A stretch of 60,357 bases of DNA, taken from assembly GCA_038063555.1 (NCBI GenBank), contig JBBTUX010000008.1, forward strand, positions 1 to 60,357, read 5' to 3'. Origin of the DNA: Patescibacteria group bacterium. GTDB taxonomy: Bacteria; Patescibacteriota; Minisyncoccia; Phycocordibacterales; JAKFXT01. The translations under genes were made by a program, and so were the position numbers. Within the stretch, counting starts at the first letter, position 1; each line of letters opens with the position of its first letter. Positions 16,230 through 27,757 of this stretch are shown here, piece by piece. The notes under the pieces were generated by a model. That model did not search any database, had not been told where the DNA came from, and was given only the letters and a program-made list of their open reading frames with translations.

Positions 16230-17381
16230 ATGAATAATCAGGTACCAAACAATTTGCCAACTGAATACGAGACCTCAAGCAAGAACACTGTGAAGGTGGG
16301 CTATTCTAATGTCTCTAAAAAGAGAGTTTCTGATATTTTTACACAAATATTGTCCCCCTTTAAAGATATCTTTTCTATTATAGGAATAATCGTGGTCATA
16401 CTGTTCGTTGCTTACGGCGCTACTTTTGTCGCTAAATACGCTGCAACTGGAATTAAGAAAATTGCCGCTTCCGTTTCCCTTTCAACTTCCAATGTTTTCA
16501 CATCAGAAGAAGTGATACCAGACGTGTCGTCTGAAAAAGTAGTCGTTGGCAAAGCTTTTACCCTTTCTTGGAACCATTTAAAAAAAGCCGAGGGTGGTTC
16601 ATACAGTTTGAACTATCCTTGTGTTGATGGTTTGTATTTGACCATTGATACCGTGGACTCGGGAAAAAAGACGGCACTTTGCAATAAAGATTTTGAATTC
16701 GTAAACAATAATAATGAATTGGTTATAACTCCCACTTCTGCTGAATTCTCTCGTGTAGAGCTTCCCATCACTTTGAAGTTCACCCGAAACGGCGAAAACA
16801 AACCCTATCTAAACAGTGTTATAAAAGTAGATATTGTTAACCCTGCCATAAAAGATACTTCTCCAAGTGAAGAAGCTAAAGAACCCACAAAAACGGAAAC
16901 TATAGTTATTAATACACCAGCGCCCGTAACTCAAACTACTACACCAGTTCCCGGTCAGACCACCAGCAATGTTTACACAATCGGTGGCACATCCCCCACC
17001 ACTGAAAATCCAAACGGCAGAGCCGATTTGCGTCCAACTTTTCTTGATATTGGTTATTTAGACTCAAATAATAACTTCGTTTCTACAACTTCACCAATCA
17101 GAAGTAATCGTGTTGCCGTCAAATTCAAAATAGAAAATACTGGTGATAAATCTTCAAATTCTTATCGCTTTAACGCTTATCTTCCAACTTTCCCGGGACA
17201 AATATTTAATTCTGATGAACAAATTGGTCTTGCTCCCGGAAATCGTGTTGAATATACCATCGCTTTTGATAGAGCTCTTCAAGGAAATCAGAACTTCCGC
17301 ATCCTAGTAGATGGTTCTGACAATGTTCTAGAATCAAACGAGAATAATAATGATGTTTCAACAACCATAAATATTCAGTAA
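16230..17381 (+). CDS. membrane-anchored protein with C-terminal CARDB-like domain
   Basis: TM segment near residue 55. The C-terminus ..ADLRPTF....KFKIENTGDK......VDGSDNVLESNENNN matches the CARDB pattern. Confidence 0.65.
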   Translation: MNNQVPNNLPTEYETSSKNTVKVGYSNVSKKRVSDIFTQILSPFKDIFSIIGIIVVILFVAYGATFVAKYAATGIKKIAASVSLSTSNVFTSEEVIPDVSSEKVVVGKAFTLSWNHLKKAEGGSYSLNYPCVDGLYLTIDTVDSGKKTALCNKDFEFVNNNNELVITPTSAEFSRVELPITLKFTRNGENKPYLNSVIKVDIVNPAIKDTSPSEEAKEPTKTETIVINTPAPVTQTTTPVPGQTTSNVYTIGGTSPTTENPNGRADLRPTFLDIGYLDSNNNFVSTTSPIRSNRVAVKFKIENTGDKSSNSYRFNAYLPTFPGQIFNSDEQIGLAPGNRVEYTIAFDRALQGNQNFRILVDGSDNVLESNENNNDVSTTINIQ

Positions 17382-17392
17382 TTATTAACTTC

Positions 17393-17436
17393 AAACTCCC
17401 CAGCAAGCGAAATGCTTGCTGGGGAGTTTGTTTTTT
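17393..17436 (+). terminator. intrinsic terminator
   Basis: AAACTCCCCAGCAAGC-gaaat-GCTTGCTGGGGAGTTT followed by GTTTTTT. Confidence 0.8.
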
Positions 17437-17484
17437 ATACAAAAAGTTGAAGTATAATTTATAAGAAGCTCTTTCCAATAACCC

Positions 17485-17892
17485 ATGGGGGAATCAATGA
17501 GTTTATGGTCAGCTTTCCTAACTGTCTTTTCCTCAATTCTCATTCAAGTTTTTAGGGTGCCGCCCTGGACATTAAGTGTCTTCAGGGAGTGGCGGGAATC
17601 GCACAAAACTCTTTCGGATTGGGTTGAAAAAAATCCGGACAAGTTTATTGGCGATGTTCCCTACGCCCAAGATCTTGTCTTGCGTTGTATTCTCTCGCAC
17701 AGGCAAATGATTTTACTTTTCCCAAAACTCGGTGAGCACAGGTGGATAGCTTATTTATTATCCCTTCTCAATGAACGCGGACCCGACCCGCCATTCAAAT
17801 CCTTCCCCGTCCTCGAGCAACCCCGCCACGAGGGCGGGGTTGTCTTAATTTTATATTGGCACAATCGGTCCAAATTTAGAATGGCACGATAA
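17485..17892 (+). CDS. hypothetical protein (moderately GC-rich island); 3' end uncertain
   Basis: 135-aa ORF with no SD. A strong terminator hairpin (17818-17852) lies inside the last 25 codons. Confidence 0.3.
   Translation: MGESMSLWSAFLTVFSSILIQVFRVPPWTLSVFREWRESHKTLSDWVEKNPDKFIGDVPYAQDLVLRCILSHRQMILLFPKLGEHRWIAYLLSLLNERGPDPPFKSFPVLEQPRHEGGVVLILYWHNRSKFRMAR
17818..17852 (+). terminator. intrinsic terminator
   Basis: CAACCCCGCC-acga-GGGCGGGGTTG followed by TCTTAATTTT. Confidence 0.65.
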
Positions 17893-20269
17893 TGGGTGGG
17901 ACATAAATATATACAGATTTTGGCGTTCCACTTAAAACGACATACACCAAAGGAGAGCTTAGGGCTGAAGCATTGAAAATAGTTTCATTCATATTGTCAT
18001 CAGTCGCCCAACTACTAGACACGCTTCCCAATCCATTTAAATTACTACGAGCCATGGTGCCGTAATTAGAAGTGTTTCCAAAACACCAACCCGAACAAGT
18101 TGAAACTGCGGGTGTCATATCAATAATCACAGAGATACCGCCCATTTTATGAATAATTTCTAATTGTTCTCCAGTGTTCCCAAGCCCATTAGGGCCGGAC
18201 CCACTAAACGGAACAATTAAATCTGCAGAAACATATGGCACACTATCATCATCGGTTCTTTCAATTAGATAATAAGAGTGAGAACCAATACTTCCAGAAA
18301 GCTCGATGTCTGGTCCTCCGTCAATTGATTTAATGGAAACACCATTTAGGTTGACGGTGTGATTACTACGATTATAAATTTCCAACCATTCATTATTAAA
18401 ATTTGTCTCCATTCCTGCCCAAGCAATCTCACTTATAACAAGAGGTCTCGCTATATATTCAATTGTAATTTCACTTGAAGTTCCAACGTTTCCCGTTTGA
18501 TCATATGCCAAAACTTTTATTGTATGCGCTCCAGCGGAAATATTTCTGGGACTACCTGTCTCGGTGGTGGTCGCGGATAAAACATTATCCACCGAAAGCG
18601 CGTAGTGGGCGGTGTCCGTTGCAACGCTTGTCCAGCTTATATTTATTGTACTGGTTGCAATTACACACGAGCCGACTACTAAAGAGTAGACGCATTCAGA
18701 AATCAAAACGGAAATATCAGGTGGTGTTACGTCGGGGGGCGGTATTTCGGGCGTAACTTCTTCTGTAGTTGTTGCTGTGGTTGTCGCCTCTTCTAAAACC
18801 GAAACGGTAACCTCTCTAGGAGGCATTCCGCCACCAAACCCAGCTCCCCCGCCACCTCCCGGAAGCGGATTTTGTATCGGGTTCAGTAAGGTAGGAATAA
18901 AATTTGATTCTGGTGTAGATTGTCCATTTGTTAGTTGTGAGTTGTTAGTCACAGTTTCATTTGTCGGTTGAGAATTATTGGTGTTTAATTCATTTGAGAA
19001 TGCGAAAACGGGACCTACAGCTAAAGTTGTTGGGTTTTGTTTTTGAACGAACTCATTGGTCCTTTTTACCTCTTCTTCTGTCTTTACGACTCCAAGCGCT
19101 GCTATATTAATAGTACTATGCCCTATTGCACTGTAAACATAAAAAGATTGCTGGGATAAATTTATTGGTCCTTCATTAATAAATTCACGCAAATATTTTG
19201 CAACGGCAAAGGTTTCTGTTCTTAAATTATATTCCCAAACATATTGAATTTTATATTTTGCCTTATCCCAAAACCCGCTTTCCGAAAGTTTTTGATTTGC
19301 CTCCAATAATTCTTTTTGTCTCAATTCTTCCTTCGCTTTAAAATCTTCCCGCTCTTTCTGATATTTCTTCTTCGCTTCTTCCGCTTCTTTGAAGAAAAGT
19401 TCTATAACCCCCGCCCCAACCGGAACTATTTGTCTAGATAAACGGTCAAAGTAACTCGATAATACCGAAGTATCATCCCCAACCATTAAAATCCTTTCCA
19501 CCTTACCAGTATTTATATTTTCTAGATATATATATAGTTTTATTTTTTTTCCATTATATTCATCAACTCCATACATATAGTCACCTATTAATTCTACTTC
19601 TAGTGGCTCATTATATTTATAAAGCTCTCCTTTTATACTATCTCTACTAAAGAAATTTCTATTGGAGTAATTAGCCAAGAAATCAAAATAATCACCCAAA
19701 CTATTTTCTCGTTTAGGGGTTATCCCTTCACTTACAAAAGTCAAATACAAACCTTTTAAGGTCTGCCTACCCTTATTATCATTGGCCCATTTTTCATAGG
19801 GACTTTCATTAGTAAAAACACCCTCTATTCCATCTCCTTTATGCGGGTCATTCCTAGTGTGATCTGGCACTCCCATATCTTCTATTAGATGAATTATGTG
19901 ACCCAAGGTTTTGAAAGCCACTTCTTCATCACCCCTCGCGTAAGCGTTTAAAGCGTCTTGCCAAGAAAAATCATTATTTATAATTTCTCCACTTGCCCAT
20001 TGCTTAGAAGTTGGGAAATTATTAAATCCAATATTTCGGACTGGGTCATAAAAATGATTAAGGGGTCTGTCATTTGGAAAATCCTCATCAATTGACCCTT
20101 GAATAATTAATTCTTTTTCTTCTTCTGTTATTTTTGGATAAGAAAAAAAATTATAAAAATCAACTATTTCTTGAGTAAGACCCGCATGAGTTGTGTATGG
20201 CTCATAAGAATAGGAAATTGTTGGAATTATTAAAAAGATAAATATGAAACTTTTCAAAAAAACTTTCAT
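17876..20269 (-). CDS. secreted zinc phospholipase C-like protein with C-terminal lamin-tail domain
   Basis: Signal peptide from ATG at 20269. H..GLT, NHFYDP and HLIEDMGVPDHT motifs. C-terminal LVISEIAW..NEWLEIYN (LTD). Confidence 0.6.
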   Translation of the reverse strand: MKVFLKSFIFIFLIIPTISYSYEPYTTHAGLTQEIVDFYNFFSYPKITEEEKELIIQGSIDEDFPNDRPLNHFYDPVRNIGFNNFPTSKQWASGEIINNDFSWQDALNAYARGDEEVAFKTLGHIIHLIEDMGVPDHTRNDPHKGDGIEGVFTNESPYEKWANDNKGRQTLKGLYLTFVSEGITPKRENSLGDYFDFLANYSNRNFFSRDSIKGELYKYNEPLEVELIGDYMYGVDEYNGKKIKLYIYLENINTGKVERILMVGDDTSVLSSYFDRLSRQIVPVGAGVIELFFKEAEEAKKKYQKEREDFKAKEELRQKELLEANQKLSESGFWDKAKYKIQYVWEYNLRTETFAVAKYLREFINEGPINLSQQSFYVYSAIGHSTINIAALGVVKTEEEVKRTNEFVQKQNPTTLAVGPVFAFSNELNTNNSQPTNETVTNNSQLTNGQSTPESNFIPTLLNPIQNPLPGGGGGAGFGGGMPPREVTVSVLEEATTTATTTEEVTPEIPPPDVTPPDISVLISECVYSLVVGSCVIATSTINISWTSVATDTAHYALSVDNVLSATTTETGSPRNISAGAHTIKVLAYDQTGNVGTSSEITIEYIARPLVISEIAWAGMETNFNNEWLEIYNRSNHTVNLNGVSIKSIDGGPDIELSGSIGSHSYYLIERTDDDSVPYVSADLIVPFSGSGPNGLGNTGEQLEIIHKMGGISVIIDMTPAVSTCSGWCFGNTSNYGTMARSNLNGLGSVSSSWATDDNMNETIFNASALSSPLVYVVLSGTPKSVYIYVPPIIVPF

Positions 20270-20270
20270 A

Positions 20271-20867
20271 TTATGGTTCAACTATTTTCCAAATATTAGG
20301 AAATTTATTAAACTCCAAATTTATACTCCTCTTCCTCAAATTTCCTTTTGGGATAGTTATTGTATCTTGGGAACCTTCTATACTAAGAATCTCTTCTTTT
20401 GGATTAACGTATTCATAGACAATGTAGCAATTATCCTCGACACAGGTCTTATTTCCTCTGTTTTTAACTTCAGTGGCAAAATCAATTGGAAACTCTAGAT
20501 TATTTTTAGTTTTTACTTCCGCCAAATCTCTTAAAACTTCTTCTTGTTGATCAACTCTATAATATTTTGACGCCAATCCAACATCTCCTTTTTTTAGAGC
20601 TTCAATGTATAAATCCAAAGTTTCTTCTGGAGTTTTGCCACCATAAGTATCATTTTTTTGAAGTTCTTCTAATCTCTTGTCTTCCGCCTTTACTTTAGCT
20701 ATATAATTCTCTTGCGATTTTTTTATCAAATACTGTTGAAATTTTGGTCCATAATATCCAATCTCCATTAGCAGTAGGAAAAGTATCACGAGAATTATCC
20801 CAGTCCACTTTATAATCTTCCAAAATAATTTTCTATCCCAAATTATTTTTTCATCTTCATCGTTCAT
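20271..20867 (-). CDS. membrane-anchored hypothetical protein
   Basis: 198-aa ORF with one N-terminal TM segment. Confidence 0.6.
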   Translation of the reverse strand: MNDEDEKIIWDRKLFWKIIKWTGIILVILFLLLMEIGYYGPKFQQYLIKKSQENYIAKVKAEDKRLEELQKNDTYGGKTPEETLDLYIEALKKGDVGLASKYYRVDQQEEVLRDLAEVKTKNNLEFPIDFATEVKNRGNKTCVEDNCYIVYEYVNPKEEILSIEGSQDTITIPKGNLRKRSINLEFNKFPNIWKIVEP

Positions 20868-20879
20868 GTTTTTTATAAA

Positions 20880-21392
20880 TTAATTCATAAAGAATATTCT
20901 AGCAATACTGAAAACAAAAACGAAAGTGTTTGCTTTAAACAAAAAATTAAGCGATACAACCTTTCTCAAAAACTCTTCAAAACCATAGAAAATTTGGTAT
21001 TTTCTGTCTTTTAACATTTTTACAATAACATAAAGAAGACAGAATAAAACATACGGCACAACGATAAAATACAGCGCGCTCGTAACCGATATTATTATTG
21101 TCAATAATGGGTCGATTTCATCGGGAATACCAATAAAATAAGAGTATATATGTATTATTTGAGAAAAAACCACTACAAAAATCACAAACATCGAAAATTT
21201 CTTTAAAAAAGATAAACTTGGATTTGTCTCATACCCTTTATTCTTCCTGATTTTTTTTATTAAAAAAATAATTGTCAGAATAACAAAGACCGCGATCGAC
21301 ATTACTGGCGCAAACAGTGCCAAAATTGACTCAATAGGCGGGTGTCCTCCGCAACCAAACAAACAGAAAACCAAATTGTCTATTTCCTCCAT
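20880..21392 (-). CDS. polytopic membrane protein, hypothetical
   Basis: Start set at MEEIDNLVF (ATG at 21392). Has 4-5 hydrophobic segments. Confidence 0.55.
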   Translation of the reverse strand: MEEIDNLVFCLFGCGGHPPIESILALFAPVMSIAVFVILTIIFLIKKIRKNKGYETNPSLSFLKKFSMFVIFVVVFSQIIHIYSYFIGIPDEIDPLLTIIISVTSALYFIVVPYVLFCLLYVIVKMLKDRKYQIFYGFEEFLRKVVSLNFLFKANTFVFVFSIARIFFMN

Positions 21393-21455
21393 ATTTTTTA
21401 ATTGTAACACTAACCTCTGCCCTCGCAATTCCCATACCCACACTTCTTATATAGA

Positions 21456-21479
21456 CCTAATTCGCGCGAATGGTAGAAT
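21456..21479. promoter_or_regulatory. 24-bp inverted-repeat arm (left) containing the palindrome TTCGCGCGAA and a TAGAAT box
   Basis: 23/24 reverse-complement match to 21820-21843. Confidence 0.8.
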
Positions 21480-21490
21480 GATGAAAAAAA

Positions 21491-21760
21491 TTACACCAAT
21501 ATGCTCAAAATGCGTCTCGACAATTCCGGGGCGCTATCAGAAAAACGATAAAATATTTGTATACTTCTTTGTTCTTTATCAAGAAGGTCAACTGAATCTA
21601 GAATTTTTAAATGTTTTGACGTAGCTCTAAAAGACAGTTTTATTTCTTCAGCAATGTCACCAACCGATGCTTCTTTTTTCTTTTTTAAAAAACGCAAAAT
21701 ATTTAAGCGCCTTTTATTAGCAATTGCTTTTAATAATCTTTCTAAATCTTTTTCTTTCAT
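21491..21760 (-). CDS. ArsR/SmtB-family HTH transcriptional regulator
   Basis: ..LKAIANKRRLNILRFL....SVGDIAEEIKLSFRATSKHLKIL. Confidence 0.8.
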   Translation of the reverse strand: MKEKDLERLLKAIANKRRLNILRFLKKKKEASVGDIAEEIKLSFRATSKHLKILDSVDLLDKEQRSIQIFYRFSDSAPELSRRILSILV

Positions 21761-21819
21761 AAAATTATTTAAATGAAAATGTTCTATGAAAATAATAGCA
21801 ACTTATAGCATTCCACAAT

Positions 21820-21843
21820 ATTCTACCCTTCGCGCGAATTAGG
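21820..21843. promoter_or_regulatory. 24-bp inverted-repeat arm (right), candidate operator/promoter of the ArsR-family gene
   Basis: Reverse complement of 21456-21479 with one mismatch, 60-83 nt upstream of the regulator start. Confidence 0.8.
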
Positions 21844-21879
21844 TATAGGATGATACTGTAAATTATAATATGAAATAGT

Positions 21880-22320
21880 TGTGTCGCAAAGGAAATGTGA
21901 TATATTCTAAATTAGGTTGTACACGGAAAGGAGGTGATACTGTCCCGTAACATATGACTGTTACTGACATAGCTGGGCCTACTCCCCTGACCCAGCGAGT
22001 TGCGGTAGCGGTAGTATCAAGGGCGGTGCAATGCCGTCCTATTTCTGGGACTGCCGTTGGGCGGGTTTTTCCCTCGCTGGGTTACCGCCCGACGGCAGGT
22101 AGTTTCGCTCTTTAAGATTTTTGGAAGGCCATAAGCAAATCCTTTCTCCTCGCAAGGGGTCCCGGGTTTTGCCGGCAAAGGGAGTCTGATGTCCCCTTAA
22201 TGCTGTGCGCCGTCGGAAAGCGCATGGCAAACACAAAACCAATGACGCGGCCTTGGGGTCGAGTCGCTTGGAAGCAAAGTCGCCCGCGTTCTCTATAGGA
22301 GACCGGGCGATTTCATTTTT
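21880..22320 (+). ncRNA. candidate ~440-nt GC-rich structured RNA of unknown class (5' end not defined)
   Basis: No convincing ORF on either strand. Long-range pairings include CCCAGCGAG/CTCGCTGGG and the 14-bp CTGCCGTTGGGCGG/CCGCCCGACGGCAG. Ends in an intrinsic terminator. Confidence 0.45.
22280..22320 (+). terminator. intrinsic terminator
   Basis: TCGCCCG..TCTC-tatag-GAGA..CGGGCGA followed by TTTCATTTTT. Confidence 0.7.
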
Positions 22321-22376
22321 ATAAAAAGAAAACCCCCGCCATAGACGTGGATTTCAATTTTAACAATGAATCCGAA

Positions 22377-22685
22377 CTAAATCATCTTCACCTTCTTCCA
22401 AATTGAAGTCGATCTCAAATTATTGAGTAGGTCGGCAGAGACTGTAAAACACTTCTTTCTGTTGTTAATCTCCCGACAAAAGGCCTTTCCACGCAAAGAA
22501 GCAATTTCGGTTTTATCACCGAAATAAACCCTGACCACAACCATTCTATTTCTAAGGATTGCGGTTAAAATCTTTCCAGGCGCTGCTTCCCACGCATCAA
22601 AAAGACCTGTTCTGATTCTCGCAACAACTTGAAACTTCCCCTCAAAATCTCTTGCTTTCTCAAAAAACTCCCGAACCGTAGCCAT
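22377..22685 (-). CDS. hypothetical protein (102 aa)
   Basis: Start set at MATVREFF (ATG at 22685) with GGAG 5 nt upstream. Intermediate GC. Confidence 0.55.
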   Translation of the reverse strand: MATVREFFEKARDFEGKFQVVARIRTGLFDAWEAAPGKILTAILRNRMVVVRVYFGDKTEIASLRGKAFCREINNRKKCFTVSADLLNNLRSTSIWKKVKMI

Positions 22686-22739
22686 AAAATCTCCTCGAAG
22701 ATCGAATGTAAGGAATGCTATCACCAATTCAGAAAAAAA

Positions 22740-24890
<2,151 letters not shown>

Positions 24891-24893
24891 TCA

Positions 24894-24998
24894 CCCCTCC
24901 CCAGTTTTGGGGAAACAACAAAATATAATCTTTTTTTTAAATTAAATCACCACTTACCACACTAATTTGTAATCCCATTCAATGAAACTGGGGAGGGG
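24894..24998. repeat. 14-bp inverted repeat (CCCCTCCCCAGTTT) separated by 77 nt in the gyrB upstream region
   Basis: Arms at 24894-24907 and 24985-24998. Confidence 0.75.
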
Positions 24999-25136
24999 GT
25001 ACTCAAAAACAATAGTCGCTTTTGGCTCCTTTGTTTTGTGGTAATTATATCAAATTTTAACCCAAAAAGGAAGCTGTTTTGGTGTCAAAATATGGCTTAA
25101 AACAGTGGTTTTTCCACTGTTTTGGTCCAAAACAAA

Positions 25137-26987
25137 CTATCTCACCTGCCAGCCAGTTTTTCCATTCAAAATTTTTGTCAATTTTTCCATTACTTCATTT
25201 ATTTCACTATCGGTCAAAGTTTTTTCCACCGATTGAAAAACCAAGTGATAAGCGTAGGAAATTTTTTCTCCTTTTTTAAATTCATCAAATTTGTCTATTC
25301 TTACTAAATATTCTCCGGAATCATCTTCAATTATTTTTTCCAAGTCATTACTTTTTACATTTTCCAGAACAAAAATAGCGATATCCCTAAGAATAAACGG
25401 GTATGGCGAAATTGATCTGTATTTTATACTTCTCTCATCAACTCCAGATCTTGCAATTTCCCCTTCATCCACGTTTGCTATGGCAAATTTTTCATAAACG
25501 CCTTTAAGAGAATATTCTTCTGTATTTATTTTGCCTTTGCTGAAAGTTCCAAGACACAAATGGGTTTCTTCTCTTTTATTTGCAAACACCACTCCGATCT
25601 CAAATATTTTTAAACTTTCAAGTCCAAGAATGGGAGAATTCCTGGCGTTTAACTCCAATGATTTCCCGACCCCGTTTTCCAAATTTTCTCTCATAAAAGA
25701 TTTGTCCGTAGCTATTGGGTTTTCTATTTCCACTACTCCCTCGGAAACCATCGCGTATGTTTGCACTTCAGAATATCCGTCGTTTTTCAAAACCTCTCTA
25801 ATTTTTTGAGTTCTATAAAAATCTTGGTTTATTTCCGGAACCTGGGACAAATTATCTGGCAAAACAGATCCTATATGTTCAAAACCATAAATTCGTCCCA
25901 CCTCTTCCGCAATATCTTCTGGAATTTCTAAGTCCAATCTTTCAAATGGAGCTGTAACTTTAAACACATTATTATTTTCCTGAAAAGAGAATTCTAAGCG
26001 TGACAATATTTTTTCCACTTCTTTGGTGTCTAATTTTGTTCCAAGAATATTATTTATTTCCTTTAAAGAAATCCCTATTTCCCTTTCTTGATTATTCACT
26101 TTTTTAAAATCAAACTCCCCTTCCACTTGAAAATTATCTCCCTTGGCGATTTGTTCTATAAGATCGAGCGCATATTCTATGGCAAAAAGCGGCAATTCCT
26201 CTGAAATTCCATTTTCAAAGCGAATCGAGGCATCGGTCCTAATGTTCAGTAATTTGCTGTGTTTCCTTATGGTTGGGGCGTCAAAATTGGCGGCTTCCAA
26301 AATTACGCTCTTGGTATTGAGGTCGATTTCCGATGAGCTACCCCCTTTAATTCCGGCAATTCCCAAAATTGTTTTACCATTATTTCCCCCGTCCGTTATT
26401 AAAAGCGCTCCTTCCTTCAAAAATCTCTCCACTCCGTCAAGCGTGGTAATTTTTTCGCCGTTTTTTGCCTCTCTCACAATGAACGAAGAAACTCCCCCGT
26501 CGGAAGTTATTTTGTCAGCATCAAAGGCATGCATCGGCTGACCCAACTCAAGCATTACGAAGTTCGTTATATCAACCACATTATTTATGGAGCGTCCCCC
26601 CAGAACCTCAATTTTATTCTTTAACCACTTGGGCGACTCTCCCACTTTTACCCCGTTGATCTTCAGTGTTTTAAACCTTTTTACTTTTTCAGTTTTTATT
26701 TCTACCGAAAATTCATTGGACTGCGGAAAAGTCCTCGGTGTTTTAACAAACATCTTTCTGCTTAAAGGTATTTCAAAAATAGCCGCAACTTCTTTAGCCA
26801 AACCATAATGACAGAGGCAGTCGTGGGCGCGGTTTGGTAAAACTTTAACGTCAAAAACTTCATCCCCCTGCTTTTCTTCTACTCCTTCAACTTCAAAGGC
26901 GTGCATTGTTATGCCATTGGATAGTTTTTCTCTATCCGGCAATTTGCTTTCAAAAAAAGTTTGTAACCAATTTCGGGAAATAAGCAT
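25137..26987 (-). CDS. pheT: phenylalanyl-tRNA synthetase beta subunit (short, 616 aa)
   Basis: N-terminus MLISRNWL..F and B5/B3-4 and C-terminal domains. Immediately downstream of pheS. Confidence 0.85.
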   Translation of the reverse strand: MLISRNWLQTFFESKLPDREKLSNGITMHAFEVEGVEEKQGDEVFDVKVLPNRAHDCLCHYGLAKEVAAIFEIPLSRKMFVKTPRTFPQSNEFSVEIKTEKVKRFKTLKINGVKVGESPKWLKNKIEVLGGRSINNVVDITNFVMLELGQPMHAFDADKITSDGGVSSFIVREAKNGEKITTLDGVERFLKEGALLITDGGNNGKTILGIAGIKGGSSSEIDLNTKSVILEAANFDAPTIRKHSKLLNIRTDASIRFENGISEELPLFAIEYALDLIEQIAKGDNFQVEGEFDFKKVNNQEREIGISLKEINNILGTKLDTKEVEKILSRLEFSFQENNNVFKVTAPFERLDLEIPEDIAEEVGRIYGFEHIGSVLPDNLSQVPEINQDFYRTQKIREVLKNDGYSEVQTYAMVSEGVVEIENPIATDKSFMRENLENGVGKSLELNARNSPILGLESLKIFEIGVVFANKREETHLCLGTFSKGKINTEEYSLKGVYEKFAIANVDEGEIARSGVDERSIKYRSISPYPFILRDIAIFVLENVKSNDLEKIIEDDSGEYLVRIDKFDEFKKGEKISYAYHLVFQSVEKTLTDSEINEVMEKLTKILNGKTGWQVR

Positions 26988-26990
26988 GGG

Positions 26991-27728
26991 TTAAAATTGA
27001 TTAACTAAACGCAAGTCGCCATTATACAAAAGACGCACATCGTCAATTCCGTACTTGAGCATTGCCAAACGATCTATTCCCATGCCAAAAGCAAATCCTT
27101 TATATTTTTTGGAATCAACACCACCCCATTCCAACACTTTAGGATGAACCATCCCCGCCCCCATAAGTTCAATCCAACCAGTTTGTTTGCATATAGCACA
27201 ACCCTTACCGTCACATTTTATACAAGTTATATCAGCTTCAACTCCTGGCTCCACAAATGGAAAATAAGAAGGCCTTAGGCGCATTGAAACTTTAGTATTA
27301 AAAAATTCACTAAAAAATTGTTCTAATACTCCTTTAAAATGCGCTAAACTACAATTCTCATCAACCATTAATCCTTCTAATTGATAAAATTGCGCTTCAT
27401 GTGTCGCGTCTGTTGCCTCGTGTCTATAAACTTTCCCAGGAACAATAACTCTCAAGGGTGCGCCATGTTCTTTCATATAACGAATCTGAACTGGACTTGT
27501 ATGAGTCCTAAGCAATCTTCTGTCCTTCAGAGGTTTTAACCAAAATGTATCCCACATATCACGGGCTGGATGCCATTCTGGAATATTAAGAGCATCAAAA
27601 TTATAATATTCTGTTTCTATTTCTGGGCCATCAGCAACAGAAAAACCCATTTTGCGGAAAATGGCCGCCATATCATTAACAATCAATGTTATAGGGTGCA
27701 AGTGACCCTTTTTGTTCTCGTTCTCCAT
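26991..27728 (-). CDS. pheS: phenylalanyl-tRNA synthetase alpha subunit (catalytic core only, 245 aa)
   Basis: ..HPARDMWDTFW..LRTHTSPVQIR.., FGMGIDRLAML. Confidence 0.88.
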   Translation of the reverse strand: MENENKKGHLHPITLIVNDMAAIFRKMGFSVADGPEIETEYYNFDALNIPEWHPARDMWDTFWLKPLKDRRLLRTHTSPVQIRYMKEHGAPLRVIVPGKVYRHEATDATHEAQFYQLEGLMVDENCSLAHFKGVLEQFFSEFFNTKVSMRLRPSYFPFVEPGVEADITCIKCDGKGCAICKQTGWIELMGAGMVHPKVLEWGGVDSKKYKGFAFGMGIDRLAMLKYGIDDVRLLYNGDLRLVNQF

Positions 27729-27757
27729 TTCCCAATTATACTCAAATTAGAATGTAT

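Noticed and set aside
22039-22242. 67-aa minus-strand ORF
   Set aside because: The translation is Arg/Pro/Gly-biased, it has no RBS, and it lies inside the structured-RNA candidate.
21880-22320. Identification of the GC-rich structured region as RNase P RNA, tmRNA, SRP RNA, a cobalamin riboswitch or a 16S fragment
   Set aside because: None of the diagnostic motifs are present. There is no GAGGAAAGTCC or ACAGAA..CGGCTTA of RNase P, no tRNA-like acceptor/T-arm ends and tag ORF of tmRNA, no GGAA-loop helix 8 of SRP, and no GCCACTG B12-box context. AAAGGAGGTGAT resembles the anti-16S tail only over 12 nt. A 53-aa ORF (21954-22115) exists, but its ATG lies 19 nt from the SD-like sequence and the peptide looks non-protein-like.
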